Source of the DNA: the human T2T-CHM13v2.0 reference genome, Homo sapiens
Length of the DNA: 64,000 nucleotides
Strand: one strand, 5' to 3'
Assembly (NCBI RefSeq): GCF_009914755.1
Contig: NC_060928.1
Shown here one piece after another: positions 1 to 12,952 of the stretch. The notes under the pieces were generated by a model. That model was not told where the DNA came from. It did not search any database and saw only the letters and a list, made by a program, of their open reading frames with translations. Made by a program: the position numbers and the translations under genes. The stretch's first letter is position 1. Each line of letters begins with the position of its first letter.

Positions 1-1122
1 ACTTCACTTAGAATAATGGTCTGCACCTCCATCCACGTTGCTGTGAATGCCATTATTTGATTTCTTTTTATGGCTGACCACATTTTCTTTATCTACTCAT
101 TGATTGATGGGCATTTGGGCTGGTTCTATATTTTTGCAATTATGAATTCTGCATTATAAACATGCATGTGCAAGTGTCTTTTTCATATGACTCCTTTTCC
201 TCTGGGTAGATACCCAGTCGTGGGATTGCTGGATAAAATGGTAGATCTACTTTTAGTATGTTAAGGAATCTCTGCACTGTTTTCCATAGTGGTTGTACTA
301 GTTTACATTCCCACCAGCAGTGTAAAAGTGTTCTCTTTTTACCACATCCACACCAACATCTATTATTTTTTTGATTTTTTAATTGTGGCCATTCCTGAAG
401 GAGTAAGGTGACATCACATTGTAGTTTTGATTTGCATTTTCCTGATAATTAGTGATGTTGAGCACTTTTTCATAGGCTTGTTGGCCATTTATATTTCTTT
501 TGAGAATTGTTTGTTTATGTCCTTAGCCCACTTTTTGATGGAATTATTTGCTTTTTTCTTGCTGACTTGAGTTCCTTGTAAATTCTAAATATTATCCCTT
601 TGTCAGATGCATAGTTGGCAAAGATTTCCTCTTTTCTTTTGCTGTGAAGAAGCTCTTTAGTTTAATTAAATCCCATCTATTTCTCTCTGTTTTTGTTGCA
701 TTTGCTTTTGGGTTCTTGGTCATGAATTATTTGCCTAAGTCAATGTCGAGAAGGGTTTTTCTAATGTTATCTTCTAGAATTTTTATGATTTCAGGTCTTA
801 GATTTAAGTCTTTGATCCATCTTGAGTCGATTTGTGTATGAGGTCAGAGATAAGGATTCAGTTTCATTCTTTTACATGTGACTTGCCAATTGTTCCGGCA
901 CCATTTGTTGAATAGAGTGTCCTTTCCCTACTTTATGTTTCCCTACTTTTGCCTGCTTTGTTGAAGATCAGTTGGCTGTAAGTATTTGACTTTATTTCTG
1001 GGTTCTCTATTCTGTTCCATTGTTCTATGTGCCTATTTTTATACCAGTACCATGCTGTTTTGGTGGTCATAGCCTTATAGTATAGTTTGAAGTTGGGTAA
1101 TGTAATGCCTCCAGATTTGTTC
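1..1122 (-). mobile_element. L1 fragment (L1PB-like), ORF2 3' part and 3' region, runs off the window start
   Basis: Antisense L1 text such as ctctgggtagatacccagt.gtgggattgctgga and ataccagtaccatgctgttttgg...tatagtttgaagt; small internal deletions. Confidence 0.9.
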
Positions 1123-1207
1123 TAATGAAATTTTGGATTTATTTAGTATATGGTTAAGAGAAAATAAAGCAACATAGCTAACATTAAATCTTCATTTACT
1201 ATTTTAA

Positions 1208-1340
1208 GGCCAGCAAACATGTATCAAGCACATATTATGATTCAGCCACTATTATAAGCACTGGCAATCTCAGAGAGTAAGAGATTAAGAAGACAAGGTA
1301 TATTTCGTTGATACGCAATAACAATGGCATGGTAAGAGTC
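1208..1340 (-). mobile_element. L2 3' end fragment
   Basis: cagcaaacatgtatcaagcacatattatg...cactattataagcactgg resembles the reverse-complemented L2 terminus. Confidence 0.55.
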
Positions 1341-1639
1341 AAACATCTAATAATAATTGCTAAGAATCTTCAGCTTTCTAAAATCTATCAGCTAGTCTTA
1401 GATAACGGTTTTCTAGTTGTTTAATTTTAATCTTGCATGGAGAAAATGATGCATGTACAAACCTAAATGATTTAGGTCACAGAATCTTAGAGATGCAAGG
1501 AATCTCTCAGTTAATCTAAAAAAAAAACTAGGCAATATGAAAATTATATCTGAAATATTCCTGGGAAGTACATTGAACATTTCTTCTTCAACATTTGGAA
1601 TTTCTAGCTTACTATCTCACAAATCAGTATCATAATGGT

Positions 1640-1940
1640 AGTGTTACAAACTCACATGCCCACAGGCTCCAGGTAGGTAAAATTAATGAAAGGAGTGGCC
1701 TGGGTGTTTGAGACAATAGGAATTGGAGAGGACTCTGGCAAAATGGAATCACATTTCTAGTCTATAAGAAGTGACAACTACCCAGCTTCAACGGATTGAA
1801 AAAATTCTGAGAAATATTCCTTCAAATATTAACAATGGGTAAATATTAATTCTTTTGAAAGTGGGCTATTATTACCATATGCTGATTTTTACCAGAAACA
1901 TGCTTTGTAACTAAGGTGAGTGGGCCAAAGCAAGCCCACT
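1640..1940 (+). mobile_element. MER102-like hAT-Charlie fossil
   Basis: acaaactcacatgcccacagg...gagacaataggaattggagaggactctggcaaa matches the recalled MER102 5' part. Confidence 0.7.
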
Positions 1941-1982
1941 ACTATTTTAGTAAAATTAGTTTTTAAAATGTGCTACCCTAAA

Positions 1983-2185
1983 ACAGTTGTTATTAACCTT
2001 GACAACACAGTAGAATCGCCTGTAACATGTTTTTGGTTTTGTGTTTGTTTTAAATGCCAATTCACAGGTCACACCCCAGAATAATTAAATCAGAATGTCC
2101 AAGGGAAGGACCCAAGCATCAGTATTTTTAAGGTGAATACTCCACTTGATTCTAATGTGAAGCCAAAGTTAGAGTAAAGAACTAT
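1983..2185. mobile_element. MER5A-type hAT element
   Basis: cagttgttattaaccttg...caccccagaataattaaatcagaat...gcatcagtatttt...gattctaatgtgaagccaaagt. Confidence 0.75.
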
Positions 2186-2374
2186 TGCTATAAAATAAAT
2201 GAGATTACTTTTTGGTAAGAATGAGCCTCACAAACTAGCTCTAAGTCCTATGAAGAATCTTAAAACACATTGTGCCATGTTCAAGCCATCAAATATGGTT
2301 CCCTTTGAAAAGGACACACAAAAAAAGTTAACAGATCATCAGAGCTAGAAGGCCCTCAGACATTTTTAGGAAAC

Positions 2375-2570
2375 GTTCCTTAAATTTTAGTGTGCATACT
2401 CATCCCCTGCTGGTCAACAGCTGGTCAGAAGGATGGTCTCCAGACCATTCTCTAGAAGTCTGTTAGAAATGCAGTATCTCAGGCTTACCACAGACACGTG
2501 CATCATAGTGTTCATTTTGGTAAGATTCCCAATTCATTTATGTGTACATTAATGTTTGAGAAGCTCTGGT
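2375..2570. mobile_element. MER5-type hAT element
   Basis: tgttagaaatgcagtatctcagg...tgtacattaatgtttgagaagctctg. Confidence 0.65.
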
Positions 2571-2675
2571 TTGGAAGAATGCTCATGAGTGAAATGGGTC
2601 ATAATGAGAACAGGTCTTCATTGCACCTAAACATGCCTGAAATAGAAATGAGGTTCATTATTACGGTTATGATGA

Positions 2676-2993
<318 letters not shown>

Positions 2994-3161
2994 TTAATGT
3001 CAAGCCACTGTAAAAGCTCCAGATGATACCTTCCAGCAGACAGGTGCCCCCTTTTTATGTGAGGCAAATGGCAGGTAAGGTGAGGGGTAGGGAGTCACTC
3101 TTCAATCAAGTCAGAGATTGATCTGGGACAGAGCTGGGCTGGAATTGTTGGTACAATTCAG

Positions 3162-3551
3162 TGTCATTGGCTGAAATGTGTTTCTCCAATATTCATATAT
3201 TGAAGCCCTTACTCCCAAGTAGCTCAGAACGTAATTATTTGAGATAGGGCCTTTACAGAAGTGATTAATTTAAAATGAGACCCATGGGTTAGGGTGCTAA
3301 TCCAATGTAACTGGTGTCATTGTAAGAAAAAGAGGAGATACCAGAAAAGCTCTGCCAAGAGGAAAGACCATGCAAAGAGGCAGCAAGAGGGCCACTGTCT
3401 ACAAGCTAAGGAGAGAGGCTTTGGAGAAGCCAACCTTGCCAGCACCTTGATCTTGGATTTGCAGACTCCAGACCTGTGAGAAAATAAATTTTTGTTGCTT
3501 AAGCTACCCAGTCTATGGTATTACTTATGCGTAGCCCTAGCCAACTAAGAT
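3162..3551 (+). mobile_element. MaLR solo LTR (MLT1B-like)
   Basis: ttcatatattgaagccct...gagatagggccttta...caccttgatcttgga...gtgagaaaataaatt...taagctacccagtctatggtat. Confidence 0.9.
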
Positions 3552-3569
3552 TCTAAGTCTACCTGTGTT

Positions 3570-4450
3570 ATCTGGTATGGCCCTCTGTGTTTTCAACCAA
3601 CAGCCTGACTGGCCTTTGCTTCTCAGCCCTGAAAAAGTGGATATTGTTAAGACATTCCACTATACTTCTTTAACATTATACCTGACACAGCCTCAGAATC
3701 TGACAAAAGTCTTTAGAGGGAGACCAGCCATGAGTTTGAATCTCTTTTGGACTCCAAAACTGTCATTCCAACTATGCATGAAAACCCAAATCTCTGCTGA
3801 GTGTTATGCCTGCCAGTTGCCACCTTCTGTTTGGCAAAACCTTGATATTCAGACTTCTAGCCACAGGGAGACTCTGTGAATACCTCCAGGTGAAAAACGG
3901 CTTTTTAGTTTCTCAGTGTCAACTCAGCACTCCCCCTAGGGCATCTCTTGCCTGTTGTCAGTTTCTCTCTCTAGTTTCCCAAGCACTGTGAAACTATGGG
4001 GACTTTCACTTTGCTTTTTGGAAGCCTTTGACCTGGTTCTCCAGCCTTCTGCAAAGTGTCAGAGTTCACCAAGTCTCTTCTGAGAAAAAAATGGCCACTT
4101 ACTTGAGGCCCCTGAAGTCTCCATTTCTCACTTCATCCAATACAACTGCTGAAAGCTTTTTTGATTTCTCTTTCTCCAAGCAGCAGCTCTCTGTCTAGGC
4201 AAAGGCCTACTCCTCAGTCCACTCTCAGAGTCAGCAAATACCCCTAGACAAAAATCATGGCTCCCGATAGCTCAGCGTTGAAAGGTTCTCCTTGCTCTGG
4301 AAATTTGGTCTCTCTAGTTATTTTTGCTCTGATAGCTTAACGGTGCTTTCAAACATGTGATTTTTGCAATCAGCCTAGCTTCTTTTCTAGGTGTTGCCAG
4401 AAGGAGCAGTGCTTGTCCCACCTACCACATCCTACCCAAACCGAACTCCT
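3570..4450 (-). mobile_element. Probable old L1M 5' region
   Basis: Ends in ...cctaccacatcctacccaaaccgaactc, resembling antisense 5' termini of ancient L1M elements; heavily diverged. Confidence 0.45.
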
Positions 4451-5099
4451 TAATATCCAGAAAAGTTATTGGTAAGCTAAGAAATCTTCCAAACATGCGG
4501 TCAAGGGATGAAAAATGATATTCAACAGACTATGGTTATATGTAACTGGAGAGGAAAAAATGCCATTTAAATATTGGTCTGTCTGTTGAGTTACGTTTTT
4601 GACAAACTGGTTACAAATGCATAATGACAGGTGGTTCCTTTGGTAAGACTAGAGCTTACTCTGCAGCCTAAACACAATCCCAATTAACCAACTTGGATAA
4701 ACAATAATTGTTGAGTGGGATATGCTATCTTGGGTTTTACTCACTAAATGCGATCATCTTTCAAATGTCAAAGCACACTCTACCAAATTATGTATACAAG
4801 TTCATTCTATAGGCTTCCATGCCAAAAAGAAATACTAGTTAAGACAAATAAAAGCACTCTTTTAGTTTGGATGCTCTAACCTTAGATGTTTTCCATTTCT
4901 CTAAAGCAGTGATGTTCACACCACAGCTCCTAGTCACATGGGTCTCTTTATGTTTAATTGGTGGCGCTTTAAAACTTCTAATTTCTCTATATGAATGCGC
5001 CATTATACTAAATTCTACCAGTCATACAGGACTCATGTAGTTCTTTAGGTTAATAGTGACTGCAAATGTGGCTCCAGAGTCATATAATTCTGAGTATCC

Positions 5100-5459
5100 C
5101 TGCCATTACCCACATTTTATTCCACTTCCCTTTCCGACTATTATAGAGATCTATTACAAGCAGGTGAAAGAATACTGAATGGCAACAATATCTGTAGACA
5201 TCACCTTCCTTTATCAGAGAATCACTGAAAGATACAGGATCTGCTGAAAATAAGAGATGCCAGATAAGAGGTTTTGTTTTCATGGAAGTCAAAGAGGTCT
5301 CCTTATAGCTTTTCTAAAAAATAAGAGATTCTGTCCTCCATAGTACTTATTTCTGGTTCTTCCTGAAATGAACAGTAGGCTGGGACACTAGCATTGTACA
5401 GACCCCGTCGGTTTTCTTGCACTATGTGTTACGAGCCAAGTCCGGTCCTGTGGACTTAA
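5100..5459 (-). other. Candidate 3'-terminal exon of a minus-strand transcript
   Basis: Acceptor tttctccttcttgctttag| at 5460, 4 CpGs in 5401-5446, AATAAA at 5121-5116. No recognised product. Confidence 0.3.
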
Positions 5460-6047
5460 CTAAAGCAAGAAGGAGAAACCTCTAAAAAGCTGTACAAAGT
5501 AGGACAGACAACAGTTTTCCTTTAAGTGGTAAGGGATGTTTACATATTTTACAAATAGAAATAAAGGAGCTCTTCGCACTGGAAAGCCACAATCTAAAAA
5601 TGTGTTTTATAGGCACTAAAGATAATAGCTGATAACTTGCTAAACAACTGTTCTTTATAAGCTGAGAACTCCATTCCTGCTGACTCCCAAAGCCTCACAT
5701 GAGGATATTATTAACATATGAAACACACGTAGAGCTCAATTCAAAGCTCATGTATTCTACTAACAGTTGTTATCAGGTCAAACTTCCACCACTGCCTCCA
5801 TCCATTTCCTCTCTTTCTCTACCACTTCAATAAGCAAAAATAATTGTACCATCATTATAAAAAGTGGAGAATCATTATGCTCGATCCATTATCCTCAGCA
5901 TTAGACCCGGATGGTGATAGGCTACCCTAGAAACTTTCTGCCCTAGAAATACTGTAAAACTTATAGTTGATATATAAGAATAATGGAAGCAAAGAAATAA
6001 TAACTCTGTTTAACCTTTGGGTTAATCATTTCAGGGCATGTCTTTTT

Positions 6048-6227
6048 TTACTTGTATTATTTCATTGTAGTTCTGTGTTGCATTATTATTGCTTTGCCCA
6101 TTTTACAGATGAGAAAACTGGGTTTCAGGAACCTGGGATAATTTGCCCAGGGCCACTTCATTAGCAAATTGCAGACATTAAACAGTCTCCTTCCAAAATC
6201 TATGCCCCTTCCATGGCTGTGTGCCTC
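6048..6227 (-). mobile_element. MIR
   Basis: Core cccattttacagatgagaaaactg...aatttgcccagggccac. Confidence 0.85.
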
Positions 6228-6845
6228 TTCAGAGCCCAGACTGATGGTGACTTTGTCTTCCCTAGGGCTGCTTAATTAGAGTTTTAAAAAGCAAATATCT
6301 ATTAGCCTCAGGGAATAGAAACAGACACAATTTATCACAGTACCAGACTCAAAAACACCATCGTTAGGTATTAACAGCCCCCAATTAAGACTATAGTCAT
6401 GAGTTAATGAACGAGCCATTAGACAGAAAACAGCAATATGAACAAAAGCACACGTCTATTAATCTGTTGCTCACTGAAAGTCATTAGTCCCAACAATATA
6501 AGGCTAAATAATTTCTAAGTAGCTTTAAAACAAAACTATCGTGATACGGCTTATGTATTCCAGATCATTGACAACCTGGACTTTGATAACTGTAGTCAAA
6601 AGAAGATCACCAAACCCCCCATACAAATTAATTGATTTACATAATCAGCCTACAAAGTATGTATTTACATGAATCGAAAAAAAAAAAAGTATATGGGCAT
6701 GGAGTGGAGGGGCTTTCAAGGTAGCTCTCCAACGAAGAGTCCTGTTTGTGTCCAGGCAAAACTGGGATAACTGCAGTAGATCTATTCTACTGTCACAATA
6801 GTTTCTTTCTCTATAGAATTCTACCAAAGCATCTAATAGTTTAAT

Positions 6846-6920
6846 CAATGGTTCTCAACATGGGCTGCACTTTAGAATCACCTGAAGAAGTTTTAAAAAC
6901 TGCTGATTCCAGGGCCCTAC
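6846..6920. mobile_element. MER5A fragment
   Basis: caatggttctcaacatgggctgcactttagaatcacctg. Confidence 0.75.
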
Positions 6921-6977
6921 TTGTCTACACTCCTTTAACTGGGCCATTCTAATCACTCAACATTCTCTTTCACCGCT

Positions 6978-7175
6978 CTACCTAATTCTCAAAACAACCC
7001 TGTGAGAAAACTGAGGCTCAACCTTTAACTTTCAACCTGTAAAATAAATAATAATACTCAAAGAGAAGTTAACTTTCTTCCCAGGTTATGTGGCTAGTAA
7101 GTGGAGGAGGGAATATTTCAACTTGAATCTGCTGTATTCCAAAACCAATGCATTTAACCCTCTCCTATGTTGCCT
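6978..7175 (-). mobile_element. MIR with an internally inverted core piece
   Basis: aattctcaaaacaaccctgtgagaaaactgaggctca...cccaggttatgtggctagtaagtgg. Confidence 0.75.
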
Positions 7176-7615
7176 AAACTCAGGGCTGAAGTCACAGCAA
7201 AAGTCTGCTACACAAAGACTGCGGAGGGAAGTTAAAGCAAAGATCCCAGTTTTCCTGAAACAGAGGGAATTGTGATAGTGGCATTCTAAACAGGCACTAG
7301 AACCACGCTTTTCTCTAAGAAACACTGTTTTGCAGTGTCTGTGGCCCACTGCATGGCTAACTCAGTGTTGTTTTAAAAGAGCAAAGGTATTAAATTAAAT
7401 GTCATGAACTCTTCTGACGAAGAAAATAAGGAAATGTACAGCGTTTCAACAGAAAAAAAAGTATTTCAAGCTTCAAAAGATTGACAAAATTAAGAACAAA
7501 ATTTCATTATGTTGAGAGCTTCTTTACTACAATAAACTAACTACATACTGAAACCTAAGTCCTTGTGGATGGCAGCTGAGAGATCGATTTCCTACATTTC
7601 AAACCATAAGTCAGC

Positions 7616-8100
7616 CATTATTCTCAAGTGTGATCCAATCAGATCTGCAAGGTCAAAACTATATTCACAATAATATTCAAATGGTATTTTCCTTTTTTGC
7701 TCTAATTCCTTCACCAGTGTACAGTGGAGTTTTCCATATGCTAAAAGACACGAGATATCACAAAAGATTGAATACAGAGAAGCAGACATGACAATGCAGG
7801 TCTCTCCTGTTGATCAGACATTAAGGAGATTTACAAAAATATAAAACAGTGTCACTGTCTCAGTATATTTTTTTTGGTTTTCCAAAACAAAATTTTCAAA
7901 AGCATGTGTTATTTAACATATAATGAGTTTATTATTTGCCATTTTAAATGAATTCATAAATATTTTTAAAATTTTGGAGTTTTTTCTTCTGTGGAAAATA
8001 TTCATAGTTAATATAACTGTATAAACATATGCTCTTTGGGATTCTTGATAATTTTTAAGAATGTAAAAGGGTCCTAAAACCAAAAGTTTGAGAAACACTG
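7616..8100 (+). mobile_element. Charlie1b-like hAT deletion derivative
   Basis: aggtcaaaactatattcacaataata...gtgtacagtggagttttcca...aagggtcctaaaaccaaaagtttgagaaacactg terminus. Confidence 0.85.
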
Positions 8101-8369
8101 CCATGGTGGGTCTCAGCATTACATTAATCTTACCCTTTTTAAGACAGCTTCTTTCCAGAGTCTCTTTCAGAGGTGGATGTGATGATTACCACAGACACCC
8201 AATAATCCAGCCAGCCGGAACCACTAAGACTCCCTGAACTTTCCTTGCTCTCACCTCCCTCCATGCCTTTGCATGCGCTGATCTGTCCTTTTAAGTACAA
8301 GAGATATGGTCATGAACAAGGAATAATCACTTTATGAACTACATTCTAGCATCAGGAAGACATGGACAA

Positions 8370-8830
8370 TATCAAAATGTGTAAAGAAAGTAAAATATTA
8401 AAATATGGTAATAAAATACAGTGTAACGAGGTGGGAGTGCTTTACCTACAGCTGTCCCTGAGGTGGGTTTCCCTGAGCAGGTAACTTTGATTCAGACCTG
8501 CATAACGCAGAGGAGCCAGCTCAGAGAAACTCAGGGAGAATAGTATTTTAGGCCAATGCAACATCAAGTGCAAAGGCACTGAGGCCAAAGTGGCTGAAAA
8601 ACCAAAGAGAAAAAAGGGGAAAGAAGTGAAAGGTTGGGTGGAAGAAAGGCAGGGCTCTGGGAACATTGGGTTTATGTTACAATTACAATGGGAAACTCTA
8701 GCTGGGTTTTAAGCCAAAAAGTGATGTGATATTTGTCATGCATTAAAAATATTACTCTGATGTGTGGAGAACGGACTGCAGGAGGTCAAGTGTGGAAGGA
8801 TAAGAAATTAGGAGCCATTTACAAATTAGA
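8370..8830 (-). mobile_element. L2 fragment
   Basis: aagtgcaaaggcactgagg...gggttttaagc...tgtgtggagaacggactgcagg. Confidence 0.8.
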
Positions 8831-9159
8831 GCTTATTTATCATCATTCCTCTACTTTTTCCTAGAGTCAGGGTCAAGCTAGATATGCAGGTTTTTAGAGG
8901 AATAATTACTGGGTAGCCTTGAGTTGTTTCCAAATATTTATAGAAAGCAGTTTAATACTGACAGAGAATTAAAGTGAGTATATAAATTTCCTCTTAATAT
9001 AATTACATTCATCTATGAGGATAATAATGCTCAACTAGTCACAAGGACACTTGTGGATTAATAATTATTTAAATAAATTTAGTGCTAAATAATAAATATT
9101 CCACTATTTACACTTTTTTTTACACTGTAAATATTAAAGGGCAACACAGCCTATGAAGT

Positions 9160-9196
9160 AAAAAGCATTCAGAAAAAGCATTCAGAAAAAGCATTC
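9160..9196. repeat. 13-bp tandem repeat (aaaaagcattcag) x~2.8
   Basis: Read directly from the sequence. Confidence 0.9.
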
Positions 9197-9743
9197 TAAC
9201 TTAAAACATGAGGAAACTCAATTCTCTGGAAAAAATTTATAAACAAACTGAGTGATAATAACAGAATTGTAATTACTAATGAAAGCTCTATGAATAAAAT
9301 TGTTTATGGATGGCTTCAGCTCTTCTGGCAGGCACTTGTGGCAGCAGTATATAGAAAATATCTTCATTGTTACTTATCTGCATTTGAATCATATCAGCAA
9401 GCAATGATTCAAAGACCCATGAAGAGCAAATAATGATGCATGTGTGGAAGAATACAAAATAGAAGAGCCCCTTTAATTTTAAAACAAACCCCTTCTTTCT
9501 AGCACCAAGAGGCCTATTAACAGGAATTTTGAGAAGTATCTTTCTATCTGGGTATAATTTTGGATATCATTGGGCCTGGATTAAAATATCTTGAAAATCC
9601 ATCTCTGGGTTTTTTAAGTTAAAGTTGTGAAACATTCTTCATCTGCACTGGAGCAAGAGTGGTAACTGCCTGTGAGATGGGTCTTTTACTTTCTTATCAG
9701 TTTTTCTGTTTTACAAAGTAAACTGCCTGTCAGAACCAGGGAT

Positions 9744-9806
9744 GCATACACACACGCATATGTGCACACACGCATACACATACACGCGCACGCACACACA
9801 CACATA
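9744..9806. repeat. Imperfect (CA)n microsatellite
   Basis: catacacacacgcatatgtgcacacacgcatacacatacacgcgcacgcacacacacac. Confidence 0.9.
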
Positions 9807-10378
9807 TTCAGTGAAGCAATTCAATTCCATTAAATGATAACTCTTCAACAAATGTCAAAATGTTCCTGTTCCCTTAAGCCATTCAAAAGATTTTAAAATA
9901 CATCACCTGGGATGTTTAAGGACTTTAGTGTCTCAGGGAAACTACATTTGAAACCTTGAATTTTAACATTTAAAATTCTTAACAGTTGGAATGTATTTGT
10001 CATTTATAATGTATGTTTTGTGCGTAAAGTGGGTTTACACTCAGTATTCTTGCTGCCTCGGGGCTTAAAGAAGTGAACTAAATTGGAGCTAATGGGTTCA
10101 GGCATTTTAGAGGAAACTACTTAAAACTAAGTGCACTAAGCAATGTCCATTCACAGGAACAAGAGAAGCAAGCAGTATTTTCATAAATTTGTCCTATCAA
10201 AAGTTGTACTTTCATTTTTTTCACTTCTTAAAGTGAATTTTTCTTTGATGCTGTCACAAATAAACTTAAAAACATTTTCAGATAATGTTGCTCTTTATTT
10301 GCACAGACCAAATAAAACCACAGGCAAGGAAATTCAAGGGATTTAATCTAAGTGGGATGGGTATTTTGTCTTTAAGAA

Positions 10379-10585
10379 GAGTGGTGTGCAGATAACTAAC
10401 AATTGGCTTTTAAAGGACAAGGATGGAGGAAGCTACCATTCATAGTGCAAGCAATTTCTGTGGCGTAAACACTCCCACCTGGCCCATTTCCAGCTACTAG
10501 CTTGAGATCGCTGACCACAGAATTGGAAAGGGACATGTAGGATCAGCTCTCCAGGGACAGTAGAGCAGGCCCCAGCATACCACTG
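10379..10585 (-). mobile_element. MER63A-like hAT-Blackjack MITE
   Basis: Terminal inverted repeats agtggtgtgc...gcataccactg; internal tggcgtaaacactcccacc...atttccagctact. Confidence 0.8.
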
Positions 10586-11142
10586 TGGCATCACTTTGGA
10601 GAAGTCAACTGCATGGAAGTGTTTGGGACCCAGATCTACTGGGATCCTCGTGTACTGTGAACCTAGCTGCAACTGGCATAGGGATCAGGTCCAGAAACAT
10701 CTTCGTGAAATACAAGTATATTGCAATCAATAGTATGAAAATACAATCATCCCCCCTCTCACATGCCAGATGATATGATAAAACCGTGTCTCTGAAATCA
10801 ATGATTTTAATTAGGCTTAAGCTTAATAGAATTTACGTATTTGTTTGAGAGGTAACAAGCACAATCTATTCGATCAGATTCCCAGTAATTGCTAAGGAAT
10901 TATTTTAAAACCAATGGAAACTTTGGCCATGGGAAAGATGCACGCCAAGAATCTGGTTTACCAGAATCAGTCTCATGACATATTTGTGCTCCAGGGTCAG
11001 TTTTAAGTGCCCTGGCAGCTAGTGCTGAATGCTTCAAAATTTTCTCTATCTTTGGAGCTTCTAATTGTGATCCTTACAGGCCACAGATCATATTATGAGG
11101 CAATGTTTAGAAAAGTACTCTTACAGAATGTACCACAAAGCT

Positions 11143-11165
11143 GGGGGGGTGGGGGGTGGAGGGGG
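11143..11165 (+). other. G-rich tract, putative G-quadruplex
   Basis: G7-T-G6-T-G2-A-G5. Confidence 0.55.
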
Positions 11166-11957
11166 AAAACCTAAGGTTGTCAGTGCATCCCCTGACCCAT
11201 AAATAGGCTCATAACCAGGGTTTCTGTGTTGAAGTCTAAACTTGGAAAATCATCCATTAAGGAATTTTAAAAATGTGCTCCAATTAAGCCAATAGAGGTT
11301 TCCTTAAGTGTATTTTCCATACAGACAATGTAGCCTTCTTAAGAAAAGCTAATTTTTAGTACAGCTGTCTTGCATAATTTTTATTTCATAGCTTATTCCA
11401 AACCAAGCTATTTAACATGACAATCTGTGCTTATATTATACCATGTTTCAGGGACCTCAGATGATTTTATTTTTTAAAAAAGAAAAAATATATGACACTA
11501 TAATGAGACCCTTTATTCTTGGCTTTATTTTCCGTTTAAAATAAAACCAAAGGTGGAGGTAACTACAGCTAGACATTTAGTACAGATTTTGTAATAATAA
11601 TTAAGTTAGTAGCCTTCATGGGCATATCAATATTCATGAAAACAGCAATGGGATAGAAAAGCATTAAAGGCTTTTATAAAGCAAGAGAGAAATAGTTCTC
11701 AATGTCCTTGAGAAATGAGTACACTTATTAAAGGGGGAAAAAAAAGCATATATAGTTAAAAAAAAAGTTGCTTAAAAAAGGAAAAGGGGTGTTTGAGCTA
11801 GATAAACCTTTAAAAGTAATTTAATTTAACCATTTTCATGTAAAGTTAAGAAAACTGAGGCTATTGGTGGTTAAATGACTGGTCCCAAGTCTCACAATTA
11901 GATCATAACAGATCTGTGCCTAGACAATGCTTTCTTGTTTAAAACCTTCTAAAATGG

Positions 11958-12277
<320 letters not shown>

Positions 12278-12444
12278 CTAAAACCGCAGACATGCAATTG
12301 CAATGAAAATATATAAAACAGAGACAGATTACATGGAAGAGCCAATCTAGGACCCACTCCGATCACAGGTGCTGAGCAGGGGCCACGTGAGTCTTGTCTG
12401 GTTTAATTAGTTGGGGTCATATGCTTTGTTCTCTCTTTTCCTGA

Positions 12445-12615
12445 TCCTTAAAACGAGATTGTTGTATCAGCAGCACTGGAATCATTTGGGAGCTTGTTAG
12501 TAATGCAGACTCTTAAGTCCTGCCCCAGACCACTGGATTAGAATTCAGAATTAGAATCCTCATTTCATAAAATCCTTAGGTGATCCCTAAGTACATTAAA
12601 GTCAGAGAAGCCTGA
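12445..12615. mobile_element. MER5A
   Basis: atcatttgggagcttgttagtaatgcagactct...ccccagacc...ggtgatccctaagtacattaaagt. Confidence 0.8.
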
Positions 12616-12952
12616 AACAATTGATGCATTCGTTGAAAACGAAGGAATGTTTTCTAAAAGACCAAATCTTTCCTTTCTCGCTTTTATCTCTCATATTCTG
12701 TTTTGCAGAAATTAAAAAGGAAAAATAATAGTATATTTTGTTACAATATATTACCTATATGTTATGATGTTATAGCAAAATAGGGTTCTCATATATACAA
12801 GGAAAGAAAGACTTGTAGATAAATATCATATAATTCAACAGTGTAAGTTAACTGGATGGTCTTGTCTTTATTACAGGTACTGAATTCAACTATTTTTTAT
12901 TTTTGTTTTTTTTGTATTGGACTACATTAACTCAGTTGGTCCAATGAGTTCA

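Noticed and set aside
4745-4834. 90-nt minus-strand segment between an acceptor-like site and TTA|gtgagt
   Set aside because: Stops in all frames, moderate sites, and it lies downstream of the candidate poly(A) signal.
9160-9196. Short direct repeats (also 14932-14961, 18209-18258, 32332-32370) as CRISPR-like arrays
   Set aside because: Two to three adjacent copies with no unique spacers, in eukaryotic context; these are slippage duplications.
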